DNA of 64,000 bases from Acidobacteriota bacterium. Lineage in GTDB: Bacteria > Acidobacteriota > UBA4820 > DSQY01. This document shows positions 38,508-50,724 of the stretch, piece by piece. Within the stretch, counting starts at the first letter, position 1, and the number at the start of each line of letters is the position of its first letter. The position numbers and the translations under genes were made by a program. The notes beneath the pieces were generated by a model. It saw only the letters and a list, made by a program, of their open reading frames with translations, ran no database searches and was not told where the DNA came from. The DNA is taken from assembly GCA_037445535.1 (NCBI GenBank), contig JBBIKI010000001.1, positions 46,325-110,324 on the forward strand. The letters run 5' to 3'.

Positions 38508-38703
38508 GGGTTGTTTCTCCTCAAAACAGGGACGGAACACCAAATCGCGAGCCCCCGCTTTTCGGGGGCCGCGAGCACGGCTAGTGTACCCCAGCCTTCC
38601 TCCCCATGGAAAACTGCACTGGACAACTTCCCGAAGGTCTCGCGGCGTGAAACCTTCCTCAACGGTCCCGCGTTTAAATCAACACGGGGTGAGGAGGTGG
38701 ATC

Positions 38704-39534
38704 ATGAAACGCCAGCTAGCGGTTGCGGTGATGGCGCTGTTCCTGTGGATGACCGTGGGGTGCGCCCAAGCATGGCTGAGCGCCTCGGCGACGGACCGGC
38801 AGGAGCAAACGATCCCCCTGGACCAGGGAGGGACCTTATCCCTCGACAACGTGAATGGCAACGTGACGGTGAAGGCCGTGGAGGGACACTCGGTCCACTT
38901 CGTGGCCGTGAAGCGGGCCAGGGCCCTGGATGAGAGCAAGGCCCGTGAGGGCTTGTCCAAACTCACGGTGGCCGTGGAGAGCTCCCCCGCGGCCATTTCC
39001 ATCACCACCCGGTACCCCTCCAACCCGAGCGGGATGCTCTTCGGGGCCGGTGTGTATCTGGCCGTGGACTACACCATCGAGGTGCCCCGGGGCACGAAGG
39101 TGAAGCTCTCGGGAGTGAACGGGTCCATGGACGTGGACGCTCCCGGCTCGGAGGTGGCCTGCGAGGCTACCAACGGCACCATCCGCGTGGAGGGAGCCGC
39201 GGTGCTCAGCGCCACCACCGTCAACGGGCGCATCCGCTTCGCCGCTGACCAAGTGGGCGAGGTGAATTCCACCAACGGCTCCGTGGAAGGATCCCTGTTG
39301 GGACTGGCCCCCGGGGCGGGGCACGTGGAGACCGTGAACGGGCATGTGGCGCTCGCGATTCCATTGAAGGCGGCCTTGAGGATCGAGGCGGAGAACGTGA
39401 ACGGATCTATCCGCAGCGTCCTGCCGGGCCTGACGGCGGAGAAGCACAGCCTCACAGGGAACTTGAACGGCGGCGGGGCGACCCTCACCGTGGAGACGGT
39501 CAACGGGGGCATCGAGATCAAGTCGGCTTCGTAA
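38704..39534 (+). CDS. Secreted DUF4097-family (putative adhesin / beta-helix repeat) protein
   Basis: ATG at 38704 after GAGGAGGTGG. Signal peptide [23 protein letters not shown]. Repeated VNGxI/V motifs ([42 protein letters not shown]) are typical of DUF4097. The upstream part of ORF 38344-39534 was rejected. Confidence 0.65.
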   Translation: MKRQLAVAVMALFLWMTVGCAQAWLSASATDRQEQTIPLDQGGTLSLDNVNGNVTVKAVEGHSVHFVAVKRARALDESKAREGLSKLTVAVESSPAAISITTRYPSNPSGMLFGAGVYLAVDYTIEVPRGTKVKLSGVNGSMDVDAPGSEVACEATNGTIRVEGAAVLSATTVNGRIRFAADQVGEVNSTNGSVEGSLLGLAPGAGHVETVNGHVALAIPLKAALRIEAENVNGSIRSVLPGLTAEKHSLTGNLNGGGATLTVETVNGGIEIKSAS

Positions 39535-39567
39535 GGCTCTGCACGCACCTCCAACCTGAAACCTCCT

Positions 39568-39602
39568 GGCGGAGGGGTCGAATCAAGGCCCCTCCGCTTT
39601 GT
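39568..39602 (+). terminator. Rho-independent terminator after the DUF4097 gene
   Basis: GCGGAGGGG-(11-nt loop)-CCCCTCCGC followed by TTTGTT. Confidence 0.55.
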
Positions 39603-39717
39603 TAGTGATAGCCGGCGCATGGTACTGGAAGCGGCCCCACCCATCCTGAATGGCCCCTCGCCATGCCCGCTGGCCAAGGTGCCAAGTCTGTGATAACATG
39701 GAAGTTTCGGAGGATTG

Positions 39718-42537
39718 ATGGAACACATTCGCATCAGAGGCGCCCGGGAGCACAACCTCAAAAACCTGGACGTGGTCCTTCCCAAGAACAAGCTGGTGGT
39801 CATCACGGGACTTTCGGGCTCGGGGAAGTCCTCCTTGGCCTTTGACACCCTCTACGCCGAGGGCCAGCGGCGTTACGTGGAGAGCCTTTCGGCCTATGCC
39901 CGCCAATTTCTCGATTTGATGGAAAAGCCCGACGTGGATGCCATCGAAGGCCTCTCGCCGGCCATCTCCATCGAGCAGAAGAGCACCTCCCACAACCCGC
40001 GGTCCACGGTGGGCACGGTGACGGAGATCTACGACTACCTCCGCGTGCTCTTCGCGCGCATTGGCAAGCCCTTCTGCCCCAAGTGCGGGCGGCCCATCGA
40101 GAGCCAGACGGTCCAGCAGATGGTGGACGCGGTCCTGGCCTTCCCCGAGGGGGAGAGGATCTTCGTCCTAGCCCCCGTGGTCCGGGGCCGGAAGGGCGAG
40201 TACCGCAAACTCTTCCTGGACCTCCTACGAGAAGGCTTCGTCAGGGCCCGGGTGGACGGCAAGGTGGTGGAGCTGGAGGGGATCGCCGACCTGGCCCGGT
40301 ATAAGGCGCATACCATCGAGGTGGTGGTGGACCGGCTCGTCATCAAAGCAGGGATCCAGGGCCGCCTCACGGAATCGGTGGAGCTGGCCCTGCAGAAGGG
40401 GGAAGGCCTCATGGTGGTTCACCGCTTGGAGTCGGGGGAGGACCAGCTTTTCTCCGAGCGGCTCTCCTGCCCCGCATGCCAGACGGCCCTGCCCGAGATG
40501 GAGCCGCGCCTCTTCTCGTTCAACAGCCCCCACGGCGCCTGTCCCGAGTGTTCGGGATTGGGGGTGAAGATGGAGCTGGACCCCTCCAAGATCGTGCCCA
40601 ATCCGTCCCTGTCCATCGCCCAGGGCGTTCTGGCGCCGTGGCCAGTGGAGGGAGGCTTCTGGTACCGGGAGATGCTGGAGGGGCTGGGACGGGAGTTGAA
40701 CTTCTCCCTCAAGACGCCCTGGAACAAGCTTCCCGAGGAGGCGCGGCGCGCCGTCCTTTACGGCACCAACGGCAAGAAGATCGCCTACGACGTGAAGCGG
40801 GACACGAGCCGCTACCAGTTCCAGCACGCCTTCGAAGGGATCATTCCCAACCTCCTGCGCCGCTATAAGGAGACCAAGTCGGACCTGTCCCGCGGAGAAA
40901 TCGAGGCCTACATGTCCTCCAACCCCTGCCCCGCCTGCTCCGGACTGCGGCTGAAGCCCGAGGCCCTTTCCGTGCGGGTGGGAGCCTACAACATCGCCTC
41001 CTTCAGTGCCCTGCCCGTGAGCCAGGCCCGGCGGGCGATTGAGAGCCTGAACCTGGGCGCCCGGGACCGGGAGATCGCCCGCCTGATCATGAAGGAGATT
41101 CGCAGCCGGCTGGCCTTTTTGGAGAACGTGGGGCTCGGGTACCTGGCCCTTTCTCGGTCCGCTACGACCCTCTCGGGGGGAGAGAGCCAGCGCATCCGGC
41201 TCGCGACCCAGGTGGGCAGCCAGCTCACGGGGGTTCTCTACGTGCTGGACGAGCCCTCCATCGGCCTCCATCCGAGGGACAACCGCAAGCTCCTGGACAC
41301 CCTGGAGGCCATGAGAGACCTGGGCAACACGGTGGTGGTGGTGGAGCACGACGAGGAGACCATCCGCACCGCGGACCACGTGCTGGACTTGGGGCCGGGC
41401 GCGGGCGTGCTGGGGGGCGAAGTGGTGGCCCAAGGCACCGTGCCGGACCTCTGCGCCCAGGAGCGCTCTCTCACGGGTGCCTATCTCTCGGGGCGCCGCA
41501 GTGTTCCCGTTCCCGCCAAGCGCCGGCTCTCCCGCGGCGTTCTTTGGGTGCGAGGGGCGCAAGAGAACAACCTGAAAGATATCGACGTGTCCATCCCCTT
41601 GGGCACCTTCACGGTGGTGGCGGGGGTGTCCGGTTCGGGCAAGTCCACCCTAGTGCACGAGATCCTGTACAAGGGGCTCGTGCAGAAGGTCTACCATGGC
41701 GTGGACCGGCCCGGCGCGCACCGGAGCATCGAAGGCTGGCCGCTCCTGGACAAGGTCATCGAGATCGATCAGGCACCCATCGGGCGCACGCCCCGCAGCA
41801 ATCCGGCCACCTATACGGGCCTCTTCACCCCCATCAGGGACCTCTTCGCTCAGGTCCCCGAGGCACGGGCCCGAGGGTACAAACCCGGCCGCTTCTCCTT
41901 CAACGTGAAGGGGGGCCGCTGCGAGGCCTGCCAGGGCGACGGTGTGTTGAAGATCGAGATGCACTTCCTGCCGGACGTGTATGTCACGTGCGAGACGTGC
42001 AAAGGCCGGCGGTACAACCGGGAGACGCTGGAAGTGCGATTCAAGGGCAAGACCATCGCCGAAGTCCTGGACATGACCGTGAGCGAGGCTCTCCTGCTGT
42101 TCGACAAGGTTCCCCTCGTGGCCAAGAAGCTGAAGACTCTCGAAGACGTGGGTTTGGGGTACGTCCACCTGGGCCAGCAGGCCACCACCCTCTCGGGAGG
42201 AGAGGCTCAGCGCATCAAGCTCGCCCGGGAGTTGTCCCGGCGGGCCACAGGCAGTACCCTGTATGTCTTGGACGAGCCCACGACGGGCCTTCACTTCGAG
42301 GACGTGCGGTGCCTTCTGGAGGTCCTCCAGCGCTTGGTGGATACGGGCAATACGGTGGTGGTCATTGAGCACAACCTGGATGTCATCAAGTGCGCGGACC
42401 ACATCATCGAGCTCGGGCCAGAGGGCGGCGACGGGGGGGGCTACGTGGTAGCCCGCGGCGCGCCCGAAGATGTCGCCTTGGTAGCGGCCTCGCCGACGGG
42501 GGCCTATCTCAAGAGGCTCCTTGGCGGAAGGACATAG
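39718..42537 (+). CDS. uvrA: Excinuclease ABC subunit A
   Basis: [22 protein letters not shown], two ABC modules ([18 protein letters not shown]) and zinc-finger Cys clusters. 940 aa. Confidence 0.95.
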   Translation: MEHIRIRGAREHNLKNLDVVLPKNKLVVITGLSGSGKSSLAFDTLYAEGQRRYVESLSAYARQFLDLMEKPDVDAIEGLSPAISIEQKSTSHNPRSTVGTVTEIYDYLRVLFARIGKPFCPKCGRPIESQTVQQMVDAVLAFPEGERIFVLAPVVRGRKGEYRKLFLDLLREGFVRARVDGKVVELEGIADLARYKAHTIEVVVDRLVIKAGIQGRLTESVELALQKGEGLMVVHRLESGEDQLFSERLSCPACQTALPEMEPRLFSFNSPHGACPECSGLGVKMELDPSKIVPNPSLSIAQGVLAPWPVEGGFWYREMLEGLGRELNFSLKTPWNKLPEEARRAVLYGTNGKKIAYDVKRDTSRYQFQHAFEGIIPNLLRRYKETKSDLSRGEIEAYMSSNPCPACSGLRLKPEALSVRVGAYNIASFSALPVSQARRAIESLNLGARDREIARLIMKEIRSRLAFLENVGLGYLALSRSATTLSGGESQRIRLATQVGSQLTGVLYVLDEPSIGLHPRDNRKLLDTLEAMRDLGNTVVVVEHDEETIRTADHVLDLGPGAGVLGGEVVAQGTVPDLCAQERSLTGAYLSGRRSVPVPAKRRLSRGVLWVRGAQENNLKDIDVSIPLGTFTVVAGVSGSGKSTLVHEILYKGLVQKVYHGVDRPGAHRSIEGWPLLDKVIEIDQAPIGRTPRSNPATYTGLFTPIRDLFAQVPEARARGYKPGRFSFNVKGGRCEACQGDGVLKIEMHFLPDVYVTCETCKGRRYNRETLEVRFKGKTIAEVLDMTVSEALLLFDKVPLVAKKLKTLEDVGLGYVHLGQQATTLSGGEAQRIKLARELSRRATGSTLYVLDEPTTGLHFEDVRCLLEVLQRLVDTGNTVVVIEHNLDVIKCADHIIELGPEGGDGGGYVVARGAPEDVALVAASPTGAYLKRLLGGRT

Positions 42538-42625
42538 AACGGGGGCTGGACGGGGAGGACCGGGCTCGCCATGGGCGGTAGGTTGTGCCCGGGGCGCTCC
42601 ATCCGCAGGTTTAGGGGGGTGATGA

Positions 42626-43999
42626 ATGTTGCACGATCCGGAGCCGTACCGCATCAAGATGGTGGAGGCGATCCGCCAGACGTCCAAAGAAGAGCGTTTG
42701 CGCCTCCTCAAACAGGCAGGGTACAACCTCTTTCTGGTTCCCGCGGAGGCCGTTTTCATCGACCTCCTCACCGATTCTGGGACGGGAGCCATGAGCGACC
42801 GCCAGTGGTCCGCTCTCATGCGGGGGGACGAGTCCTACGCCCAGGCCCGCTCGTGGTTTCGCTTCTACGACGTGGTGAAGGGCATCACGGGCATGAGTCA
42901 CGTGCTGCCCACGCACCAAGGGAGGGCGGCCGAGAACATCCTCTTCTCCGAGATCTCCAAGCCGGGCCTCGTGATTCCGAGCAACAGCCACTTCGATACG
43001 ACCCGGGCCAACATCGAATTCTTCGGCGCCGAGGCCGTGGACCTGGTGGTTCCCGAAGGCCATGACCTCCACGCTCGACTTCCCTTCAAGGGAAACATGG
43101 ACCTGGACCGCCTGGAGGCTTTGCTCAAGGCCAAGGGGCGGGAGAAGATCCCCCTCTGCATGCTCACGGTTACCAACAACACGGGAGGCGGGCAGCCCGT
43201 GTCCCTGGAGAACATCCGGGGAGCGTCGGCCCTCTGCCGTGCCCACGGTGTGCCCTTCTTCCTGGACGCCTGCCGGTTTGCGGAGAACGCGTGGTTCATC
43301 CAGCGGCGCGAAGAAGCCTGCAGAGCCATGACCGTGGGAGAGATCGCGCGGGCCATGTTCGCCTGCGCGGACGGGGCCACCATGAGCGCCAAGAAGGACG
43401 GCTTGGGCAACATCGGAGGCTTCCTGGCGCTGAGGGATGACGACTTGGCCGCGCGGCTGAAGAGCGCCCTCATTCTGCGTGAGGGATTTCCCACGTACGG
43501 CGGTCTGGCCGGGCGCGATCTGGAGGCGCTGGCCACGGGCCTGGAAGAGGTCCAGGACGAGGCCTACCTTGCGGCACGCATCGGACAGGTAGAGCGCTTC
43601 GGGGAGGCGCTCAAAGCGGCCGGGATGCCCATCCTCGAACCCACGGGGGGGCACGCGGTGTACCTCGACGCCCGCGGCGCCTTTCCGCACATCGCCCCCG
43701 AGGGTCTCCCGGCCCAGAGCCTCACGGTGGCCCTCTACGCCGAGGGGGGAGTGCGCGGCGTGGAGATCGGGTCCCTCATGTTTGGCCGGACGTTGCCCGA
43801 CGGGACCTTCCAAGGAGCGGACCTGGAGCTGGTCCGGCTCGCCGTGCCCCGCCGGGTCTATACCGACAACCATCTGGGCTACGTGGCCGAAGTGGCGGGG
43901 GAGATCATGCGGCGGAAAGGGAGTTACGGCGGCTACCGCATCGTGGAGGAGCCACCCTTCCTCCGTCACTTTTCCGCGCGGCTGGTTCCCCTGACCTGA
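42626..43999 (+). CDS. tnaA: Tryptophanase / tyrosine phenol-lyase family beta-eliminating lyase
   Basis: 457 aa. N-terminus EPYRIKMVEAIRQTSKEER and the PLP-lysine region SAKKDGLGNIGGFL are highly similar to TnaA/Tpl. Tryptophan versus tyrosine specificity cannot be decided by eye. Confidence 0.8.
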   Translation: MLHDPEPYRIKMVEAIRQTSKEERLRLLKQAGYNLFLVPAEAVFIDLLTDSGTGAMSDRQWSALMRGDESYAQARSWFRFYDVVKGITGMSHVLPTHQGRAAENILFSEISKPGLVIPSNSHFDTTRANIEFFGAEAVDLVVPEGHDLHARLPFKGNMDLDRLEALLKAKGREKIPLCMLTVTNNTGGGQPVSLENIRGASALCRAHGVPFFLDACRFAENAWFIQRREEACRAMTVGEIARAMFACADGATMSAKKDGLGNIGGFLALRDDDLAARLKSALILREGFPTYGGLAGRDLEALATGLEEVQDEAYLAARIGQVERFGEALKAAGMPILEPTGGHAVYLDARGAFPHIAPEGLPAQSLTVALYAEGGVRGVEIGSLMFGRTLPDGTFQGADLELVRLAVPRRVYTDNHLGYVAEVAGEIMRRKGSYGGYRIVEEPPFLRHFSARLVPLT

Positions 44000-44051
44000 A
44001 GCGCCGCCGCTGGCTCGCAGAGGGACAGCGGGCTTGTGCGCGCCCTCCCCC

Positions 44052-44080
44052 TTGAGCCGGAGCCGATTGTTGCTTATGCT
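44052..44080 (+). promoter_or_regulatory. Possible sigma70 promoter (TTGAGC-N17-TATGCT) for the unknown-protein/ThiS-like pair
   Basis: Hexamers at 44052-44057 and 44075-44080, about 27 nt upstream of the ATG at 44107. Confidence 0.3.
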
Positions 44081-44106
44081 GTACGACTGGGGGAAGCGAA
44101 GGGCGC

Positions 44107-44751
44107 ATGATCACGGGATTCAACCAGGACGTCACCTACAAGGGTAAGGTCTACCACGTCCAGACGGAGGACCGGGGCACGAATAACCCGGTCATCGAAA
44201 CCCTCATCTACGCGGGGGGGGAAATCCTGTCCTCCAAGAAGAGCTCGTACGAAGACCTCCTTCAGGAGGGATACGAGGAGCCCAAGCTCATGGCCCGGCT
44301 GGAGCAGCAGCACCGGCGCGTGGTGGTGGACATCAAGTTGGGCAAATACGCCAAGGAGCCGGAGGAGGCTTTCGGCGCAGGCCTCGTATCTTCGAGAAGC
44401 CTGGACGAGGTGATCCTAGACTACCTTACCAGCGAGGCGGAAGGAGAGAAGCTGTCCGTGGCCATCCTTGACCAGCAGCAGCCCGTGGCGGGAGAGCGAG
44501 CCTGGATCAAGCTCAAGGCCGCCACCGACATCAGCAAAACGGCTCTTGCGGGAGCCCACGTTACGGTGAGGCTCACCTCCACCAGCGGACAGACCCAGGA
44601 TCTCTTCGCCGGCCGCACCGACGACCAAGGGCTCTGCTCCGCCGAGTTTCTGGTGCCGGCCGTGGCCGAGAACGCCGTGGTCCTCACGGAGGTGACCCAC
44701 GCCAAGGGTGCGTACCAGCACAAGGCGCTGGTGGCTAAGAAGGCGCCATGA
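44107..44751 (+). CDS. Hypothetical protein (214 aa, no recognisable domain)
   Basis: Clean ORF with an ATG start. Soluble, acidic N-terminal half and Ala/Val-rich C-terminal half. No motif I can assign. Stop overlaps (ATGA) the start of the downstream ThiS-like gene. Confidence 0.5.
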   Translation: MITGFNQDVTYKGKVYHVQTEDRGTNNPVIETLIYAGGEILSSKKSSYEDLLQEGYEEPKLMARLEQQHRRVVVDIKLGKYAKEPEEAFGAGLVSSRSLDEVILDYLTSEAEGEKLSVAILDQQQPVAGERAWIKLKAATDISKTALAGAHVTVRLTSTSGQTQDLFAGRTDDQGLCSAEFLVPAVAENAVVLTEVTHAKGAYQHKALVAKKAP

Positions 44752-44951
44752 TGACGGTGCGCCTCAACGGCCAGGACAGGGAATGCCCCGAGGGGATGAC
44801 CATGGGCGAGCTGCTCCAATCCCTCGGTCTTTCCGCGGTGCGCGTGGCTGTGGAACGCAACGGGGCCATCGTTTCTCGGGAGCGGTTCTCGGACACCGTT
44901 CTTGCCGGGGGCGACCGGCTGGAGGTCGTCCAGTTCGTGGGCGGAGGATGA
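44748..44951 (+). CDS. thiS: ThiS/MoaD-family sulfur-carrier (ubiquitin-like beta-grasp) protein ending in Gly-Gly
   Basis: 67 aa. MTVRLNGQDRECPEGMTMGELLQSL...DRLEVVQFVGGG is collinear with E. coli ThiS (MQILFNDQ...ILLFQVIAGG). Translationally coupled to the upstream unknown ORF. Confidence 0.7.
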   Translation: MMTVRLNGQDRECPEGMTMGELLQSLGLSAVRVAVERNGAIVSRERFSDTVLAGGDRLEVVQFVGGG

Positions 44952-45054
44952 AAGGGTAGATCGGACAAGCAAGTGAACGGGGGCGGGGGGGATAAGAGCG
45001 CAAGGCTTTGGTGATGGGCGCGTGTTTCGGCCTGCGGGCCGCCGTGTGTGCAGA

Positions 45055-45129
45055 TGGTGGGCGGTGAGGGATTCGAACCCCCGACATCCTGCGTGTAAGG
45101 CAGGCGCTCTTCCGCTGAGCTAACCGCCC
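45055..45129 (-). tRNA. tRNA-Val (anticodon UAC)
   Basis: The reverse complement GGGCGGTTAGCTCAGCGGAAGAGCGCCTGCCTTACACGCAGGATGTCGGGGGTTCGAATCCCTCACCGCCCACCA folds as a cloverleaf: 7-bp acceptor stem, D-arm, anticodon loop CTTACAC, TPsiC loop TTCGAAT, 3' CCA. Confidence 0.85.
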
Positions 45130-45219
45130 GGAAGCCCGCGCAGTGTAACGGATGGATGGAGCGAAGGTCAAACGGAGGGGGTTTTCTCGCCAAAAGGCCA
45201 AGACTTTTTCTACAAAGCC

Positions 45220-45248
45220 TTGACCGGATAGGAGAAATCTGATAATGT
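45220..45248 (+). promoter_or_regulatory. Predicted sigma70 promoter of the atp sub-operon (TTGACC-N17-TAATGT)
   Basis: -35 TTGACC at 45220-45225 and -10 TAATGT at 45243-45248, about 45 nt upstream of the atpF' GTG. Confidence 0.45.
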
Positions 45249-45293
45249 CTATCATCTTCCTTAGGAACGGGGTTCCGTTCGGGAGATCTGACC

Positions 45294-45737
45294 GTGCTTG
45301 AAGAGATCGTCAAAAACCTGTGGCATATCCCTATCCTGATGGCCATGATCCTGGTCTACGGATTCCTGCTCAACCGCGTCCTTTTCCGGCCCGTCCTGCG
45401 GGTTCTTGACGACCGGAAAGGCAGGATCCGCGAGGCCGGCGCCCTCTCGGAGCAGTCCCGCGAGTCTCTCAAGCAGCGGTTCGCCGATTACGAGCAGGCC
45501 GTGCTGGAGGCCCACCGCAAGGGCACGCACATCAAGGAAGAGGCGCGCGGCAAAGCGTACGCGTACCGCTCCCAGGTGCTGGGTGCCATGAAAGCCGAGA
45601 TGGACGCGGAGATTCGCAAAACTGAGTCGGAGCTCAAGGCGAGCACGGAAACCATCAAGAAAGAATTGGACGCCACGACGCCCGACCTCGTAAAGATCAT
45701 GACCTCCAAGATCCTCGGCCGCGAGGTGGCCCCGTGA
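45294..45737 (+). CDS. atpF2: F0F1 ATP synthase subunit b' (second b-type subunit)
   Basis: Single N-terminal TM helix IPILMAMILVYGFLLNRVLF followed by a long charged coiled coil. First gene of the atp cluster. Confidence 0.7.
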   Translation: MLEEIVKNLWHIPILMAMILVYGFLLNRVLFRPVLRVLDDRKGRIREAGALSEQSRESLKQRFADYEQAVLEAHRKGTHIKEEARGKAYAYRSQVLGAMKAEMDAEIRKTESELKASTETIKKELDATTPDLVKIMTSKILGREVAP

Positions 45738-46348
45738 GGCGCCGGGCCGCCGCCTTCGCCCTGCTCCTGCCGGGCGCGGCGATGCTGGCTCAGGAGGCCG
45801 GAAAGGCCGCTGAGGGTGCCGTGGAACATGCCCCTGGCTGGGTGGACCCCATCTGGGGCGTCCCCATGATCGTTTGGCAGATCATCAACCTTCTCCTCGT
45901 GGTTGGGCTCTTCGTGTACCTCCTTCGGAGGCCCGCACCGCAGTTCTTCCAGGGGCGCGCCAAGGAAATTCAAGACCTCCTGGAGAAAGCGGTGCGTGAG
46001 AAGGAGGAGGCCACACAGCGCCTGAAGGAGGTCGAAGCCAAGATGGAGCGCCTCCAGGACGAAGTCTCCGCCATTGAGACCGCGGCCAAGCAGCAGGCCG
46101 AGGTGGACAGGCAGCGCGTGCAGGCTGAGGCCGAACAGGCCCGAGAACGCATCCAGCAGGAAACCAAAGACGAGATCGAACGCCGTCTCACGGAGGCCCG
46201 CCGTGACTTGCGGACCTACGCGGCGGACAGCGCCGTGGCGGCGGCCAGGGACATCTTGGCCAAAGCGGTGACGGACGCGGATGAGGACAGGCTCCGCGGC
46301 CGGTTCCTTTCGGAAATGGAGGAGGAAGCCCATGAGCGCCAGGGCTAA
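45734..46348 (+). CDS. atpF: F0F1 ATP synthase subunit b
   Basis: N-terminal hydrophobic segment, single TM IINLLLVVGLFVYLL, and a long Glu/Arg/Ala-rich coiled coil. ATGA overlap with atpF2. Confidence 0.7.
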   Translation: MRRRAAAFALLLPGAAMLAQEAGKAAEGAVEHAPGWVDPIWGVPMIVWQIINLLLVVGLFVYLLRRPAPQFFQGRAKEIQDLLEKAVREKEEATQRLKEVEAKMERLQDEVSAIETAAKQQAEVDRQRVQAEAEQARERIQQETKDEIERRLTEARRDLRTYAADSAVAAARDILAKAVTDADEDRLRGRFLSEMEEEAHERQG

Positions 46349-46865
46349 GCGTTACGCCCAGGTCCTCATGCAGGGCCTAGGGGACGCGAGTGCGGACAAG
46401 GTTTTGTCGGACCTGGAATCGTTCGGCCAGTGGGTGGCAGGCGTGCCCGCCCTTCGGGGGGCCGTGGAGAACCCCGGAATCCCAAGCTCCCTCAAGGAGA
46501 GCTTCCTCAAGGACCTGTGCAAGAAGGCGGGGTTCGAGCCCGTTTCGGAGCGGTTTGTGCAGATGGTGGTGGCCAACCGCCGCCTCCGCGAGTGGGGCGA
46601 CCTGGCGGACGCCTTCCGCGGTTTAGTGGATGAGAAACACGGAGTGGTCCGGGCACGAGTCCGCACCGCCCGTCCCATGAAGGATGTGACCAGGACCGAC
46701 TTGGCGGCTCGCCTGGGCAGAGTGTTGGGCCGCCGCGTCGAGCTTGAACCGGGCGTGTCGCCGGCCCTCCTCGGGGGTGTGGAGCTCCGGCTGGGATCCA
46801 CCGTCTACGACGGAACCGTGGCAGGAGCGCTGAAGGCCCTGCGCCAGGACCTCGTGAAGGGGTAG
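46332..46865 (+). CDS. atpH: F0F1 ATP synthase subunit delta (OSCP)
   Basis: ATG at 46332 after GGAGGAAG. The C-terminus LLGGVELRLGSTVYDGTV is typical of delta/OSCP. 177 aa. Confidence 0.8.
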   Translation: MSARAKRYAQVLMQGLGDASADKVLSDLESFGQWVAGVPALRGAVENPGIPSSLKESFLKDLCKKAGFEPVSERFVQMVVANRRLREWGDLADAFRGLVDEKHGVVRARVRTARPMKDVTRTDLAARLGRVLGRRVELEPGVSPALLGGVELRLGSTVYDGTVAGALKALRQDLVKG

Positions 46866-46871
46866 GAAGAG

Positions 46872-48392
46872 ATGATCAAGACGGACGAGATCAGCAAGAT
46901 TCTCAAGAGCCAGCTGGAGGGCTTCGAGAACCGGCTGGACGTGGCGGAGGTGGGCTACGTCACCTCCGTGGGCGACGGCATCGCTCGCATTTACGGCCTG
47001 GAGAAGGTCATGGCGGGCGAACTGCTCTCCTTCGGGGGGGACATGTACGGCATGGCCCTGAACCTCGAGGAAGACAGCGTCGGCGCCGTGCTCATGGGCG
47101 AGACCTCCGAAGTGAAGGAGGGCGACGAGGTCCGGCGCACGGGGCAGATCATGTCGGTGCCCGTGGGCGAGGGCATGATCGGACGGGTCATCAACCCCCT
47201 GGGTGCTCCAGAGGACGGCCGCGGGCCCATCGCCTCCACGCAGCGGTATCCCATCGAGCGCATCGCGCCCGGCATCGTCCAGCGGGAGCCCGTGAGGTTC
47301 CCCATGCAGACGGGCCTCAAGGCCATTGACGCCATGATTCCCATCGGGCGCGGCCAGCGCGAGCTCATCATCGGCGACCGCCAGACGGGTAAGACGGCCG
47401 TGGCCATTGACTCCATCATCAACCAGAAGGGCAAGGACGTCATCTGCATCTACGTGGCCATCGGGCAGAAGCGCTCGACCATCGCGCAGGTCGTGAAGAC
47501 GCTCACCGACAACGGGGCCATGGAGCACACGATCGTGCTGTCCGCCTCGGCCTCCGAGCCCGCCTCCCTCCAGTACATCGCTCCCTACTCGGGGTGTGCC
47601 ATCGGCGAATACTTCATGGACAAGGGGCAGCACGTCCTGGTGATCTATGACGATCTCTCCAAGCACGCCGCGGCCTACCGTGAGGTCTCCCTCCTGCTTC
47701 GCCGCCCGCCGGGCCGCGAAGCCTACCCGGGAGACGTGTTTTACCTCCACTCCCGGCTCTTGGAGCGTTCGGCCAAGCTCAGCGCCAAGCAAGGCGGCGG
47801 GTCCCTCACGGCCCTTCCCATCATCGAAACCCAGGCCGGCGACGTTTCGGCCTACATTCCCACCAACGTCATTTCCATCACCGACGGGCAGATCTACCTG
47901 GAGACGGACCTCTTCTACCAGGGCGTTCGTCCGGCCGTGAACCCGGGCATCTCCGTAAGCCGCGTGGGCGGCAACGCCCAGATCAAAGCCATGAAGTCCG
48001 TGGCGGGCACCCTGCGCCTGGAGCTGGCCCAGTACCGCGAGCTGGCGGCCTTCGCCCAGTTCGGCTCGGACCTGGATAAGGCGACGCAGGCCCAGCTCAA
48101 CCGCGGCGTGCGGCTGATGGAGATCCTCAAGCAGAACCAGTACCAGCCTCTTGACGTGGCCAAACAGGTCGCCATCATCTACGCGGCCACCCACGGGTAT
48201 CTGGACGATGTGGACGTAGCCAAGTGCCGCACCTTAGAAAAAGGTCTCTACAATTACCTCGACCTGAACGGCCAGGCCTGGATGGATTCGCTGCGCGACA
48301 AGAAGGTCATGGACGATTCTCTCGCCGGCCAGCTGGACCAATTCCTCAAGGAGTTCAAGCACCAGTTCCTCAAGGAGCAGGAAGCGAACTAG
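46872..48392 (+). CDS. atpA: F0F1 ATP synthase subunit alpha
   Basis: [10 protein letters not shown]-loop, about 506 aa, and highly conserved throughout. Confidence 0.95.
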   Translation: MIKTDEISKILKSQLEGFENRLDVAEVGYVTSVGDGIARIYGLEKVMAGELLSFGGDMYGMALNLEEDSVGAVLMGETSEVKEGDEVRRTGQIMSVPVGEGMIGRVINPLGAPEDGRGPIASTQRYPIERIAPGIVQREPVRFPMQTGLKAIDAMIPIGRGQRELIIGDRQTGKTAVAIDSIINQKGKDVICIYVAIGQKRSTIAQVVKTLTDNGAMEHTIVLSASASEPASLQYIAPYSGCAIGEYFMDKGQHVLVIYDDLSKHAAAYREVSLLLRRPPGREAYPGDVFYLHSRLLERSAKLSAKQGGGSLTALPIIETQAGDVSAYIPTNVISITDGQIYLETDLFYQGVRPAVNPGISVSRVGGNAQIKAMKSVAGTLRLELAQYRELAAFAQFGSDLDKATQAQLNRGVRLMEILKQNQYQPLDVAKQVAIIYAATHGYLDDVDVAKCRTLEKGLYNYLDLNGQAWMDSLRDKKVMDDSLAGQLDQFLKEFKHQFLKEQEAN

Positions 48393-48395
48393 GCC

Positions 48396-50713
<2,318 letters not shown>

Positions 50714-50724
50714 GGACGGAGCCC

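Noticed and set aside
38552-38568. GC hairpin CCCCCG-CTTTT-CGGGGG in the divergent region
   Set aside because: It has no flanking U-tract on either strand and sits upstream of both genes. It is more likely incidental secondary structure than a terminator.
38344-38703. Upstream extension of the DUF4097 ORF and the alternative upstream start of the lipoprotein ORF (38543)
   Set aside because: The extensions encode Arg/Gly-rich low-complexity sequence. Good RBSs precede the internal ATGs (38704 for DUF4097, 38507 for the lipoprotein), and each internal ATG is followed by a signal peptide.
42538-42625. Possible tnaC-like leader peptide before the tryptophanase-family gene
   Set aside because: The only ATG-initiated frame in the gap runs on into the spurious 164-aa ORF 42571-43065 and has no critical Trp codon. 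It has no tnaC features.
44000-44106. TPP riboswitch upstream of the ThiS-like pair
   Set aside because: No CUGAGA / ACCUGAUCUGGAUAAUGCCAGCG-like conserved elements are present. The region is short and contains only a promoter-like hexamer pair.
45055-45300. tRNA-Val as an integration site for a genomic island
   Set aside because: No integrase, direct repeat of the tRNA 3' end, or foreign-looking genes flank it. The neighbours are the atp operon and the ThiS-like pair.
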